This document shows positions 1 through 23,860 of a DNA stretch of 64,000 bases, piece by piece. Under the pieces are notes generated by a model, which saw only the letters and a list, made by a program, of their open reading frames with translations, had not been told where the DNA came from and ran no database searches. The stretch lies in the NCBI RefSeq assembly GCF_009914755.1, contig NC_060928.1. One strand, 5' to 3'. The DNA comes from the human T2T-CHM13v2.0 reference genome, Homo sapiens. Positions within the stretch are counted from its first letter, which is position 1; each line of letters begins with the position of its first letter. The translations under genes were made by a program, and so were the position numbers.

Positions 1-416
1 TTTTAAACCTTTGATATTTGACAAGCTTTCCAAAATCAAATTATAAATTATGTCTCTTTCTAACCTAATATTTAGATATTAGGTCCTCTAAAGTCTCAAA
101 ATGGCTTATTTGGTACAAAAATCATACAGGAAGCATTGTCAAATATCAAATGACTTTCTTTGGTCTATATTTGTGTAAATGTGTTATTGGTGTATGTTCC
201 AAAATTATATAAAACTGCTATAATTCTAATATGACTTAGTATATGTTAACAATAATAATTATAATTATTATGTTAAATGACTGTGTGCCACAGAAGTAAA
301 TTTCCTTGTCAATTGTGCCTTTAACTGTGGCTGCCCTAAAATGTTTTTGTCATCCACAGACAATTGTTTTCTCACTTTGGTCCTCTTTAAAAGATGATTT
401 TATAATCAGCTATAAC
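1..416. mobile_element. Probable ERV1-class internal (MER4-group-like) fragment
   Basis: AT-rich sequence resembling MER4-group internal consensus as I recall it. No LTR or ORF confirms this. Confidence 0.35.
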
Positions 417-718
417 TTTTTTTTTTTTGAGATGGAGTTTCATTCTTGTCCAGGCTGGAGTACAATGATGCAATCTTGGCTCACTGCATTTACAAATTGA
501 AGGTTTGTGGCAACCCTGCATCAAGCAAGTCTAAGGGTGCCATTTTTTCCAATAGCGTGTGCTCACTTCATGTCTCTGTGTCACAGTTTGGAAATTCTTG
601 CAATATTTCAATTTTTTTCATTCTTATTATATCTGTTATGGCCACCTGTGATCATTAAGAGTTTGATGTTACTATTTATTTTGGGGCACCATGAACTGCA
701 CCCATCCATATAAGATGG

Positions 719-1755
<1,037 letters not shown>

Positions 1756-2277
1756 GACAGCAAATTTAATTGATAAATGTGTGTATTCTGACTGCTCCAC
1801 TGACCAGCTGTTCTGTTCTCCTATCTCTCTTCCTCTCCTTGGGCCTCTCTATTCCCTGAGACACAACAATACTGAAATTAGGTCAACCAATAACCCTACA
1901 ATGGCCTCTAAATGTTCAAATGAAAGGAAGAGTCACATATCTCCTACTTAAATCAAAAGCTAGAAATAATTAAGCTTAGTGAGAAAAACATATTGAAACC
2001 AGAGAGAGGCTGAAAGCTAGTCCTCTTGTGCCAAATGGTTAGCCAAGTTGTGAATGCAGTGGAAAAGTTCTTGAAGGAAATTAAACATGCTACTCCGGTG
2101 AACATAAAAATGATAGGAAAGCAAAACAACCTTATTGCTAATCTGGAGAAAGTTTGAGTGGTCTGGATAGGAGACCAAACCAGCCACAACATTCCCATAA
2201 GTCAAAGCCTAATCCACAGCAAGGCCCCAGTGCTCTTCGGGTTCTATGAAGGATAAGAGAGACAAAGCTGCAGAAGA

Positions 2278-5148
<2,871 letters not shown>

Positions 5149-6076
5149 CATTGTTGCCTTACTTGAAGAAATTGCCACAGTCACCCCAACCTTCAGTATC
5201 CAGCACCCTGATCAATCAGCAGCCACCAACACTGAGGCAAGACCCTCCACAGGCAAAAACATTATGAATTGCTGAAGATTCAGATAGATTATTATTAGTA
5301 TTTTTTAGCCATAAAGTATTTTAAAATTAAGGTACATATGTTGTTTTTTGAGACATAATGTTATTGCATACTTAACAGACTATAGTGTAGTATAAGCATA
5401 CCTTTTATGTGCACTGGGAAACCAAAAAATTCATGTGACTTGCTTTATTGCAATATTTGCTTTATTGTGGTGGTCTAGAACTAAACCTGTATATCTGAGG
5501 TTTGCCTGTATATATATATATGTGTGTATACACACATCCACTCCCAATCTTATTGGTTCTGTTTCTAATGCACTTAGGAGGACTCTAAGTAATATAATCT
5601 CTCACCTACACAAAGTGGAGTTGGTGTAATGGAAAGTGTATGAATGGACAGTTAGAATTGAGTATCGACTCTTTCTCTACTATTATCTTTGAGGGAATTA
5701 CTCCACCTCTTAAAACTTTAAAGTTCTCTTTGGCAAAATGTTGTGGACCTACCCACTTTACAGAGATGATGTGAGGATTAAGTGAGATAATACATGTAAT
5801 GCATCCACGCCACAGTAGATCCTAAATAAGCCTCTTCCATGGTATGACATCCATTGCAAATATGAGTTATCAATTTTCTCAGGTTTTCAGCAGAAACCTA
5901 GAAGGAGGCCACATAACCAGAAGATCTGTTGCTACAACTGAATGCAAGATTGCACATGCTAGGGAACTCTTATCAATCAATTTCAGAAGATGTATACATC
6001 AAATGATCTCCATGTTTATAATAATTATTTTGAATGGGGTGCATATTTGAGTGAGATGGTATGGTAAGAGACTCAC

Positions 6077-6201
6077 AGGGATGCCATATCGGGTCCTGTA
6101 GAGAGTCCTCATTGCGACGCTTGTTCCACACAGACAGCATTCATTCATATCAGCTGCAACTTGACACCCAAGGCACGGGAAACAAAATGTGCCACAGAGA
6201 C
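6077..6201 (-). CDS. PLAC8: PLAC8 second coding exon (cysteine-rich PLAC8/DUF614 domain core)
   Basis: Acceptor tgtgtctAG (6203-6202) and donor CCT|GTGAGT (actcac 6071-6076). The 125 nt encode (C)LCGTFCFPCLGCQVAADMNECCLCGTSVAMRTLYRTRYGIP. 118+125=243 nt = 81 codons, so the frame is consistent. Later exons are outside the window. Confidence 0.97.
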
Positions 6202-7130
6202 CTAGACACATGAAACCAGGGGTACATATTACTCCACTCTGCCCCTGCCACAGCTGAAAGTTTAGCTTGCTTTCACAAATGGCAGTCCGAGTCATGGGGC
6301 CTTGGCCGCAAAGCCTGCTGCTAAGTCCATCTTCAATGTTTCTATTCAGCTTTGCATCAATTTCTCGCTCCACCCGCAAATCATTTCAGGAATGACCACG
6401 CCTTTGCAAAGTATATCATTCTTGTCATAGTTCTGCCTTCATTCATTTGTTCATTGATGCAGTAAAACTTATTCATTTTCCAGACATTATCCTCAGTACT
6501 GACAGTGCCCCTGGCTCAAGTCTAGTAGTGAAGGCAGATCATAGGGAAAGTTCTCCAACAGAAACGTGTTTGAAATACCAACAGGTCACCCAGAAAAATG
6601 GGGCCTACAAGGCCCTGAGTAGGAAATGCTCAGGAAATATTGAAGGATGATTAGATGTTTTAAAGGTGGACAAAAAGGAAAAGAGCCTCTTCGAGGTAAT
6701 CTGGCATATCCTGGCAAAGGCTAGTGTTCATTCAATATGGCTGGAGCCCTGGGATGGGATGAGGATTTAACTGGGGGTTGAGGCAGGTTGGGGACCAGAT
6801 GATGAAAAACTGTAAGTGTTAAGAGTGTGCCATGAGAGTTATGAGGAACCACTGAAACATTTTAAGAGGGGAGAATAATTTGATCAGATCTACATTTAAG
6901 AAAATTTGCTATTAAGCAATTAAGCTTTGATTGGAACTTGTGTATTCATTTAATTGGGTAATAATAATACTAGGGGTGAGAGGGTTAAAATGTTCATCTT
7001 TAGAGAGTTTCACCAATGCAGTCTAATTCTCACTTTGATTTGCAGATGTTGAACTGGTGCCCTGAGAAGCTTAAGTCGTCACCCCAGACAATGAGAGTGA
7101 AAAAACCAACACAATTGTTTCATTCCCTAG

Positions 7131-8423
<1,293 letters not shown>

Positions 8424-8800
8424 TCAGAGATTTTTTTTCCCCAGTGACAAGCTAATTGCCTCCAGAATTCTTTATTCTCAGGTGTGTAAAAAACCTAAAT
8501 ATATACATTAAAATAGTTTTCTCTGAACGCATATGGAAACCATGAATCTAACCCTTGGGTACTGGACACAATGTAACTATAAATTAATGAGGTTAATTTA
8601 TATGTTGCAAGAACAGTCTTTCTAAAAAAATCAAGTTCAACTTGGAATTTTTAAATTAATGTAAGTTCTATTTAGTCAGGCCAGACCTGCTCGTTGTTAG
8701 AATCAATCAGCTCTTTTGCTATTATCTTAACCCAGAACTTATTTTAGGAGTAAGACTGTTCTTTGAAGGGCTGGAGAAAATTAAGTTATCCATACGGAGG

Positions 8801-8801
<1 letters not shown>

Positions 8802-8840
<39 letters not shown>
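8802..8840. repeat. Poly(T)39 homopolymer
   Basis: 39 consecutive T with no adjacent Alu or L1 body. Confidence 0.95.
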
Positions 8841-8843
<3 letters not shown>

Positions 8844-8986
8844 AAACATACCATTGCCTGACATGCAAAGTGCTTGTAATAAGTTAGAAACTTTTTCTAC
8901 ACAATAAGGGAGGAATGGGGGAAGGATTGAGTCATTGGTAATTCACCTCGGTATCAAATAAGGGGGTTCTTTCCCCACACACTTAC

Positions 8987-9104
8987 AGACTCCGCAGTCG
9001 CTGAAACAGTCACACATGCCTGTCTGCCAGTTGGAGTTCTGGGGGGCCGGACCGGGACCGACTCCAGGTTGGGTCACAACGACCACCGGCGCCTGAGCTT
9101 GCAT
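8987..9104 (-). CDS. PLAC8: PLAC8 first coding exon (codons 1-39 plus 1 nt)
   Basis: The minus strand from ATG at 9104 reads MQAQAPVVVVTQPGVGPGPAPQNSNWQTGMCDCFSDCGV, the recognised PLAC8 N-terminus. It ends at donor T|GTAAGT (plus-strand acttac 8981-8986). The 118 coding nt give phase 1, which matches the next exon. Confidence 0.97.
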
Positions 9105-9133
9105 TTTCAGTGCAGGGCCTTAAAAGCAGTGGA
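9105..9133 (-). other. PLAC8: 5' UTR portion of the PLAC8 ATG-containing exon
   Basis: Minus strand ctctgccttttcAG|tccactgcttttaaggccctgcactgaaaATG: polypyrimidine tract, AG at 9135-9134 and a CTAAC branch-point-like motif at 9156-9152. Confidence 0.85.
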
Positions 9134-9163
9134 CTGAAAAGGCAGAGTGGTGTTAGAAATCTC

Positions 9164-9340
9164 TGTTGTGGGGTGGGGGGAGGGGAGAGGGATAGCATTA
9201 GGAGATATACCTAATGTAAATGACGAGTTAATGGGTGCAGCACACCAACATGGCACATGTATACATATGTAACAAACCTGCACGTTGTGCACATGTACCC
9301 TAGAACTTAAAGTATAATAAAATATATATATATATATAAA
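9164..9340 (+). mobile_element. 5'-truncated L1PA 3' end with TSD
   Basis: G-rich tract followed by ...gcacatgtaccctagaacttaaagtataataa, a (TA)n/A tail, and TSD agaaatctc at 9155-9163 and 9341-9349. Confidence 0.93.
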
Positions 9341-10659
9341 AGAAATCTCGAGGTTGCTCTTTAAAGGCCCACTTTAGGGGCAGGATGCTGAGGCAGTGTA
9401 GAGGAAGTTGCTCTGTTTGAAGAACAGAATTTCTATCTCCACCCTTCACAAGATAGAGACCCTGGGGGTGAGGGGAAGGAATTCACCGAACTGGGCCGGG
9501 CGCGGTGACTCAGGTCTGTAATCCCGGCACTTTGGGAGGCCGAGGCCGACGGATCATTTGAGGTCAGGAATTCGAGACCAGCCTGGCCAGTATGGCGAAA
9601 CCCCGCCTCTACTAAAAATGCAAAAAATTAGCCAGGCTTGGTGGCGCGTGCCTGTAACTCCAGCTACTCGGGAGGCCGAGGCAGGAGAATCGCTTGAACC
9701 GGGAAGGTGGAGGTTGCATTAAGCCGAGGTCATACTTCTGCACCCCAGCCTGGGCGACAGAGTGAGACTCCACCTCAACAAAACCCCCCAAAACAAAAAC
9801 CACAGAATTCACGGAACTGGGAAGGTGAACAGTTGCTTCTCGTGGGGTAAGGGAGCTGAAGAGTGTTGCTCGTGTACTGTTTTTAGACAGGTACCTGGTA
9901 TTCACACAGGCTGCGAAACAAACGAGCAACCTGTGATCATGGCCGACAGTAGTGAATTATAGAAAATAGCATTCTCTAAAATGGCATCATCCTAAACTTT
10001 TGTGTATATCCCCCCTTCTTGTTCCTAATTTATTCTTTTTTGTTTTGGACTGATTTCCGATGAGCAATCCTTTCCAGTCTTCCCACTTCCTGACTTGTCC
10101 TTCACTTCATATTTACTGGGAGCCTGCAAACCTGTGTCAGCGCTGGCCTGACGGACCCTGCTGTGTGGTAGGGGCAGTTTATTAAGAAGTACATTTGGTA
10201 AGGTTACTCCTCATTTCTCTACATCATGAGAGGCAGTGTAGGGTCATGGAACATGAATTAGATTCGGAGTGAGAGCAGCTTTGCCCAAGTCTTAGTTTCT
10301 GAAACCGTGATCTTAGACTCATCATTTAACTAGCCGTTTAAATGTCCACTTGTTAAACTGTAAAATGGGGTTTCTGACCTACCCACCTTACAGGCTCATT
10401 CTAAAGAATTTGTCTTTAAATAAAAATACCATGAACTGTATTCAGAACAGCTGAAGCTTATTTTAAATGTATTAGACGTGTCCTTCTATAGACATTAAAG
10501 TGGTTTTGGCTTCTGTTTGATTTTTTTAAAAATGTACCATAATAGCCGTTCACTGCTTTTTTACACTAAAAGAAGGAGGCGGACCCATCTGTGGATCCCA
10601 CAGCAAACAAGATTTTCTGCAAAAGAAGGTTCCAGTAAGTGAACAAAAAACCAGGGGGT

Positions 10660-11345
10660 CCGGCTGAGCCGATCATTCAGGGCGTGCATGAGCCGCGGAT
10701 GTGTACGTGGCGGTGGAGGAGCCCCTGTTGAGGGGCAGAGCCGTCGGGTGACGGACTAGGCGAACGTGTGTCTGGCGGCCGCTGCCTTCGGGCCTCTTCC
10801 AGGGAGGAGGATCGAGGAGGCGGAGAGCCCGCCTGGCTCTTCCCCAGTTGCAGGGACAGGTCTGAAGCACGGGCTTCAGGAGGCGGGGAGTGGGTGGGTG
10901 GGCTTCTTACCTTCTCTGCCCGCTCTGCACTCGGGAAGGGGCTGTGAGCGGCAGCTGCGCGCGGGGCTCTTCGATCAACCCTCACCCCGCCGGATTACGC
11001 CTCCCGCCAGCCCAGCTCTGGGACCCCTGGGTCTCCTCTGCTGGGACCAGACCTGCCTGCCGGTAAATTCTTAAGAGCAGCCCGCGCAGAATCTATCCCA
11101 AGGAGACCGCCCATTTTTGCTGGGGCAATCAGGGAACTGCGTCTGCGGATGGCTGCCCTCGGGGGACCATTCGCCGGGGCGGCGCGCCGCTGGGGACTCG
11201 GCGTGAACCGGGCAGCGGGCGCGCGGTCTCGGAGCCCAGCCCCAGCGGCAGGCGCCAGGAGCCGCAAAGCTGGGCAGGGCTGGCGCCGCTTCCTCCCGGG
11301 CACCCGCCGCTCTGTCGCTCCGGGCGCCCAGGCTCACCGGGCATT
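10660..11345. promoter_or_regulatory. PLAC8: CpG island; likely alternative PLAC8 promoter
   Basis: Non-Alu GC-rich stretch with dense CpGs (gcggccgc, ggcgcgcc, gcgcgcgg) and GC boxes, located 1.5-2.2 kb upstream of the ATG exon. Confidence 0.85.
10911..11025 (-). other. PLAC8: Candidate alternative non-coding first exon of PLAC8 in the CpG island
   Basis: Strong donor AAG|GTAAGA (plus tcttac 10905-10910) inside the CpG island, oriented toward the 9133 acceptor. The 5' end is approximate. Confidence 0.65.
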
Positions 11346-12335
11346 TCTAAATTGTAAAAAGTTTTTATCAGATGGTATGGGCTGAGCAACGCTGGGATTG
11401 GAAAGTAAGACAAGAAACTATCACCCACCCCCTCCCCCGCCCGCTGATTTGAATGCTTATTAGATGGACCCTGGATTCTAGTCTTGGGGTACACGCCCAC
11501 GTGTAAGAGTAAGCAACCACAGCTCTCTAGACACACTCATGCCGCCAATCTCATGAAATAAGAGGTAAGGACCTTGCAATGATTCCGTTTTCGTCACTCA
11601 CCCCTTTTACAATAATTAGCTTGGCTTTGGGAAAAGTAAGTCCCAAATCCCCAACACTGAGGGTAAGCTCCACAAAGGCAGGGGATTTTGTGGGCCAAGT
11701 TCACTGAGGTGTCTCAAAACCTTAGCTCGGGACCTGGTACACAGGAGGAGCTCACTAGCGCCCCCGCCACCACGCTCTCCGCTTCCGGGCTGGCTGAGGC
11801 CATGCGTGATGCAGGCTCCAGATGGTGCATAGCAAACAGTGGCGAGAGCCCAGCCCTGGAAACGCAAACAAGGCTAATGTTTCACCTGACTCTGCAGACC
11901 TCCACAGGTGGGGACCAGATCTTCCCTAAATCCCAACTCCAGTACTAACATGGTCGAAACCATATTTTTGGGTGATGGCTTCCCACATTTGAAATCCTGG
12001 AGGAAGAAGCATTACAGGAAATGCTAGAGAATATGTATTCAAATTTCTTCTGCATTTCATCTTGGTTATCAAATACCAGAAAAAATATGAAAGGCTAATT
12101 ATCCGTAATGTCAAGTGGCTATCCCTAGGTGATTGGCTGATAGACTTTTTGTTGTTGTTGTTTTGTGATAAGGTCTCTTTGTTGTCCAGGCAGGAGTGCA
12201 ATGAATGGCACGATCATAATTCACTGCAGCCTGGAACTCCTGAGCTCAAGTGATCCCCCCACCTCAGCCTCCTGAGTAGCCGAGATTACAGGTGCACACC
12301 ACCATGCCTGGCTAATTTGTTTTCGTTTTCTGTAG

Positions 12336-12668
<333 letters not shown>

Positions 12669-13056
12669 TAAAAAAATAAAAAAAAAGGAGGGGGCAAGTC
12701 ATACAAATGATACTATAGCTGTTTGTATTTTTTTCCCTCTTGGCCCTTAGCCAATGCTTGGCATGAAACTGGTATTCAATAAATAAAGATGATCCTACAA
12801 CTCTTTCAGAGGAAAAACATGTTCATTTAACACCCTTATTTTTTCAAGAAGCCTATATTCTGTTTTTTAATATAATAACAGCAATCTGAAGATTTCAGAA
12901 TAAAAACCACCCTGCAATTATGTAATTGTTTTTCCTTTACCTGACTGTATTTACTTAGTGTATGGCATATGTGTTTTTGTATTCAAATTGGCTAATGTTA
13001 GACTTCATAGCAGTTTGAGTCCTGAACATTTTCTGAGTGCCTTTGAAATCCACTCA

Positions 13057-13407
<351 letters not shown>

Positions 13408-15832
13408 TCAGCTGTATCTCAAATATCCATATGCTAACTGCCAGTTAGTTTGTGTGAACATTACTTCCTCCATGTAGTAGCCTCAACAGTCTTTAGCCCA
13501 ACAGTCAACATTGTATGTTTCTGTTTCCTTCACTACTTTTGTACTTTTGACTTCCTCTTTTGAATGTGGGAGATTGCAGGGACCCAGGTGCTTCTGTGAA
13601 TATTAGCACTAGGAACTGGAGCAGAATGGGGGGCCCCAGGAGGTTTCTGATGCTATTGTAAGTTCCTTTCTAGCACAGATTACCTATATTGGTGGAGAAG
13701 TCTACTCGGCTTATCCCTGCGTAGAAGAGTAGTCCTAAAGGGAACTGCTATCCAGGACTTCCATCTGTCACTTCTAGCTGATTCTAAAAAGGGTCTAATA
13801 ACTTCTCCCGTGAGATATCTTATTCAAAGAAATACCTTCTTGAAAGTTATAAAACAGATGAGAAAGCAAACACACTCATTTGTACGCGCCTCTGTGATCA
13901 TTTAAAAATTCAAGGTATCTTTTAAGTTGCAACAAATGTAAAACAGAAACAAATGTAAAATTGTTGCTTGTTCAAACAACCACAATTCTCTTTGCTTCAG
14001 CCATGAAGTCTTTAGCCTTAGCCATTCAAGGTAAAAGGTCAGCAATAAGTGGAGAGAAAACGTCCTTGAAAATCTAGAGTTCCTAGGACCTTAGGTACCA
14101 GCTTGTCTCCTTAGTTCAGTGGTCCTCAAAGCTTACTATTAGTAAAACCACTTGGACTGCTCTTTAACGTGTAGATTTCTAGACACTGCTCAGAGATTGT
14201 GACTTAGATAGAATGAGCTAGGGTTGAGGAATCTGTACAATGTAGAATTCTACACACTGTTCAGAGATTGTGGTTTAGATAGAATGAGCTAGGGTCTAAA
14301 AGTCTGTAACGTGCACCCGCAGGGCTGCTGCCCTTATGCCATAGGCTTTTGTCCTATGAACTAGAAAAACGTGGCCCTTCTCACAGACACGGCTTGGTGA
14401 GCACGTAGCTGCTTCGGTGAGAATTCGAAAAACGGTACACCTTCCTCCATGCGATGAAGCCCATGCTAGACCCTCTCGCATTCCCGGGAGCACATTCCAA
14501 ACTAGCTCCTCTCCCTTCAGGTGCGGGCCTGTGCAGTATCCTGGGCACTTCACAAGATTCTAATGCCAGTGGCCTTGCAGAGCACATTTTGTAACCCACG
14601 ACCAGTGGCCTTATTTTTCTTCTGTTACTAATAACTACAGATCCAATTTAATTCAGCAAATATTTTATTGAGTGCCAGGGTGTGTAAACGTGTTGGGCTG
14701 GATTTGGTAAGGGCTAAGGAGATGCCTGAGGTTTCCTATCTGTGGCCAGCAGTTCTGCCCGTTGTGGTGTGACCACACAGCTGTTTTGTTCCATGCCATC
14801 TTTAACCCCACAGGAGCAGAGAGAGTGATTAAAAAAAAGTTGGCAGGGGCCACCTTGGAAAATGCAGGAAAAATGGGGGCAGGAGGTAGTGAAATGGGAA
14901 TCTTGGTGGGCAAGCTTTGGAGAATGAGACTAGAATACCTTTCTTTAGGAAGTTCTGTGGAATGGTCTCAATGTCAGGAAATCTTGCAGTATTTGGCTCA
15001 TATTTTAAACACCTTAATTTTATCTATTAGTTAAGAATCAATCTTGTATTTGTCTCTCCTTTCTATGAGCACTTCACTCCTGAGGACAGCCCACTATCTT
15101 AATAAAATACATTAATATTAATATAATACATGATATTAATTATAGTAATATTAATACATATTATTAATATTGATTAATCCAGATACTAGACATATTATTG
15201 AGATTTTTCTCTTCTACTGTTTATTGATGTTAAATTTCATTTTTTTGCTTTGATTGAAACATTTCCATTTCATAATCTCTCCATCTCTCTTTATACATAT
15301 AAATGAAGCACCAGAATTTAATTTTGAAGAATTCTAGTCTGTTTTTCTTACTTTCATAGTGAGAATTCAAGAATTCTTATAATTCATTAGCTAAATCTAC
15401 AAAATTCCATATCTTGTTTCTAAATACTTTGAATGGATAAAATAGAATATTTGTAAAGCAGAAAGAAATTAGACCGGCATAAGTCAACATGCATACATAT
15501 TGAAATAAAGAGTGAAATTAATGATCATGTTACTAAATACAATGTATAATATGTGTTTGCTGCAGAAAGCAGCAATTGATGAGGATTCAAGGCTGGGATC
15601 TTACACTACTTTGAAAAGCCTGGCATTTGGCAAAATGCTTAGCAAGAAATTGTTGAATTTGACTAAATGTATAAATTTAAAGCAATTAGATAAGAAAACC
15701 TTAGTCTTTTAGCTGAAACTCAAAATATAACATGCTAAGAAAAAAACAAGAAAATCAAATAACTTTTAAAGAAAGCTTTTTTTTTTTGAATGCTAAGTTT
15801 TTAAAACAAGTTCTTACTTGTAAAGTACTTAC

Positions 15833-15925
15833 AATTAGTAAACAAGGTTCCGAGCAGGAAATGTCTTGTGGCCTGGGAGAGAATCTCACCACAAATGAAA
15901 ACTACGTGAAAGGGGAGAGGTAACT
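15833..15925 (-). other. PLAC8: PLAC8 non-coding first exon (5' end approximate)
   Basis: Donor ATT|GTAAGT (acttac 15827-15832). The spliced product ...ccttgtttactaatt|tccactgc... matches my recollection of the PLAC8 mRNA 5' UTR. The region is unique, non-repeat sequence with upstream CCAAT/GATA/ETS motifs. Confidence 0.8.
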
Positions 15926-16080
15926 GTGTTTCTATCGCAGGGCATAGTACATAGAACAGTTTCAGACGCTCTTATTGGCCAGAGTAATCCAGCAGAAGTG
16001 GTTTCAATGTGTGTTTCTCTTATCTGGAGAATGAATATATCTCTTGCCAAATAAGGTGTGTTTCTTTTCCTATATTGTGT
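15926..16080 (-). promoter_or_regulatory. PLAC8: Proximal promoter of the 15.9-kb first exon
   Basis: CCAAT box on the minus strand (attgg 15974-15978), GATA site (cttatct about 16019-16025) and an ETS-like cagaagtg near 15993. No obvious TATA box. Confidence 0.55.
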
Positions 16081-16600
16081 TAGGTACACTGATACGTCTT
16101 TTTAATGGGGAAAGGATTTAATTCATTATATAGTTTGATTGGTTTTACATGTCTGGCAGAGCTTACTGTTGTTTTTTTGTGTTTGTTTTTTGTTATCTTT
16201 GTGGGGAAAAAAAAGATCATTATTGTTTCAGATTATATAGTAGTTGGCATCTCAAGCATCCTTTAATGGTATCAACTTACAGATACTGAACATTAAAATA
16301 GGCCAAGCATTATCAATGACTTGTTAATGACTTTGATAGTTAGGCCTTATTTTTTCAATTTTAGAGGTGAGGAAACAAGCTCAGATTCTTGAGCTGACTT
16401 TCAGAGGCCACATAGCTAACAAGTTACTCACCTAGGATTTTAGCTCATGTCAGCTCAGCTCCAAACTATGGCTCTTTTTACAATGTTGCATCCAATTTCT
16501 TTGTACCTTTTTAATTATTCTTCTTATTGGTGGTATTACTATTTCTTTCTTTTGAAATTTTTATTCATAGTCTTTGAATTTCTGATCCCATAGTTTAAAC

Positions 16601-16984
16601 TATCAAAAGACAAAATTACAACAAATTTAGTTTAGAAGATGTAATTGCCTTTTATTTGCAATTCTAGAATCAAGCAACACATCATTCTATAAAATAGAAT
16701 GAGTGTCCTGGTGAGTATGAAGAAAGCGGAAACAGAGAAAAAAAGATAGATTGGTTGTTTCAAAGTTACTTTCCTTATAGGACTAAAACAGAGAGGACTT
16801 CCTTACTACACTGACTGAGGTTGACTGAAATCTCCTGTTTTTTGGAAAACTGGTCCATTTCAAAGTTCAGTTTGATTATATGTCACTTAGCACAAGCGAC
16901 TTCATTCTGGTTTGGTCTGATTTTCTGGGGCCTAGAGCAGGAGGCTAGTCCATAACAATGGCCTCTCATAAACTTTGTTTAACA
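16601..16984 (-). mobile_element. ERV1 LTR (MER31/MER67-like) about 0.7 kb upstream of the PLAC8 first exon
   Basis: Minus strand begins tgttaaacaaagtttatgagaggccattgttatggactagcctcctgctctaggcccc, typical of this LTR group. Confidence 0.65.
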
Positions 16985-17006
16985 AAACCTTTCAGAAATG
17001 AGGGTG

Positions 17007-21615
<4,609 letters not shown>

Positions 21616-21799
21616 GCATTCTTTGCTTCAGCCAGGAGAGCTCCCTTGGAACTGGGTGCTCCTGCTTGGGAAAAAGGTGGACAACAGGATGGCTGCCCTA
21701 CTGAACTCCTGTGGTTCATAGACCATGATGTAGAGAAGGTTTCATACACCTCTTCTTGGCTCTCGCATATTGTTACAATCATTGTATTTAACCTAGAAT

Positions 21800-23860
<2,061 letters not shown>

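Noticed and set aside
10673-11536. Several 80-135 aa ORFs in the CpG island
   Set aside because: Ala/Arg/Pro/Gly-rich ORFs expected from high GC content, overlapping on both strands, with no recognisable domain.
15100-15200. AT-rich stretch with short ttaatattaa palindromes
   Set aside because: Low-complexity sequence in which short palindromes are expected by chance.
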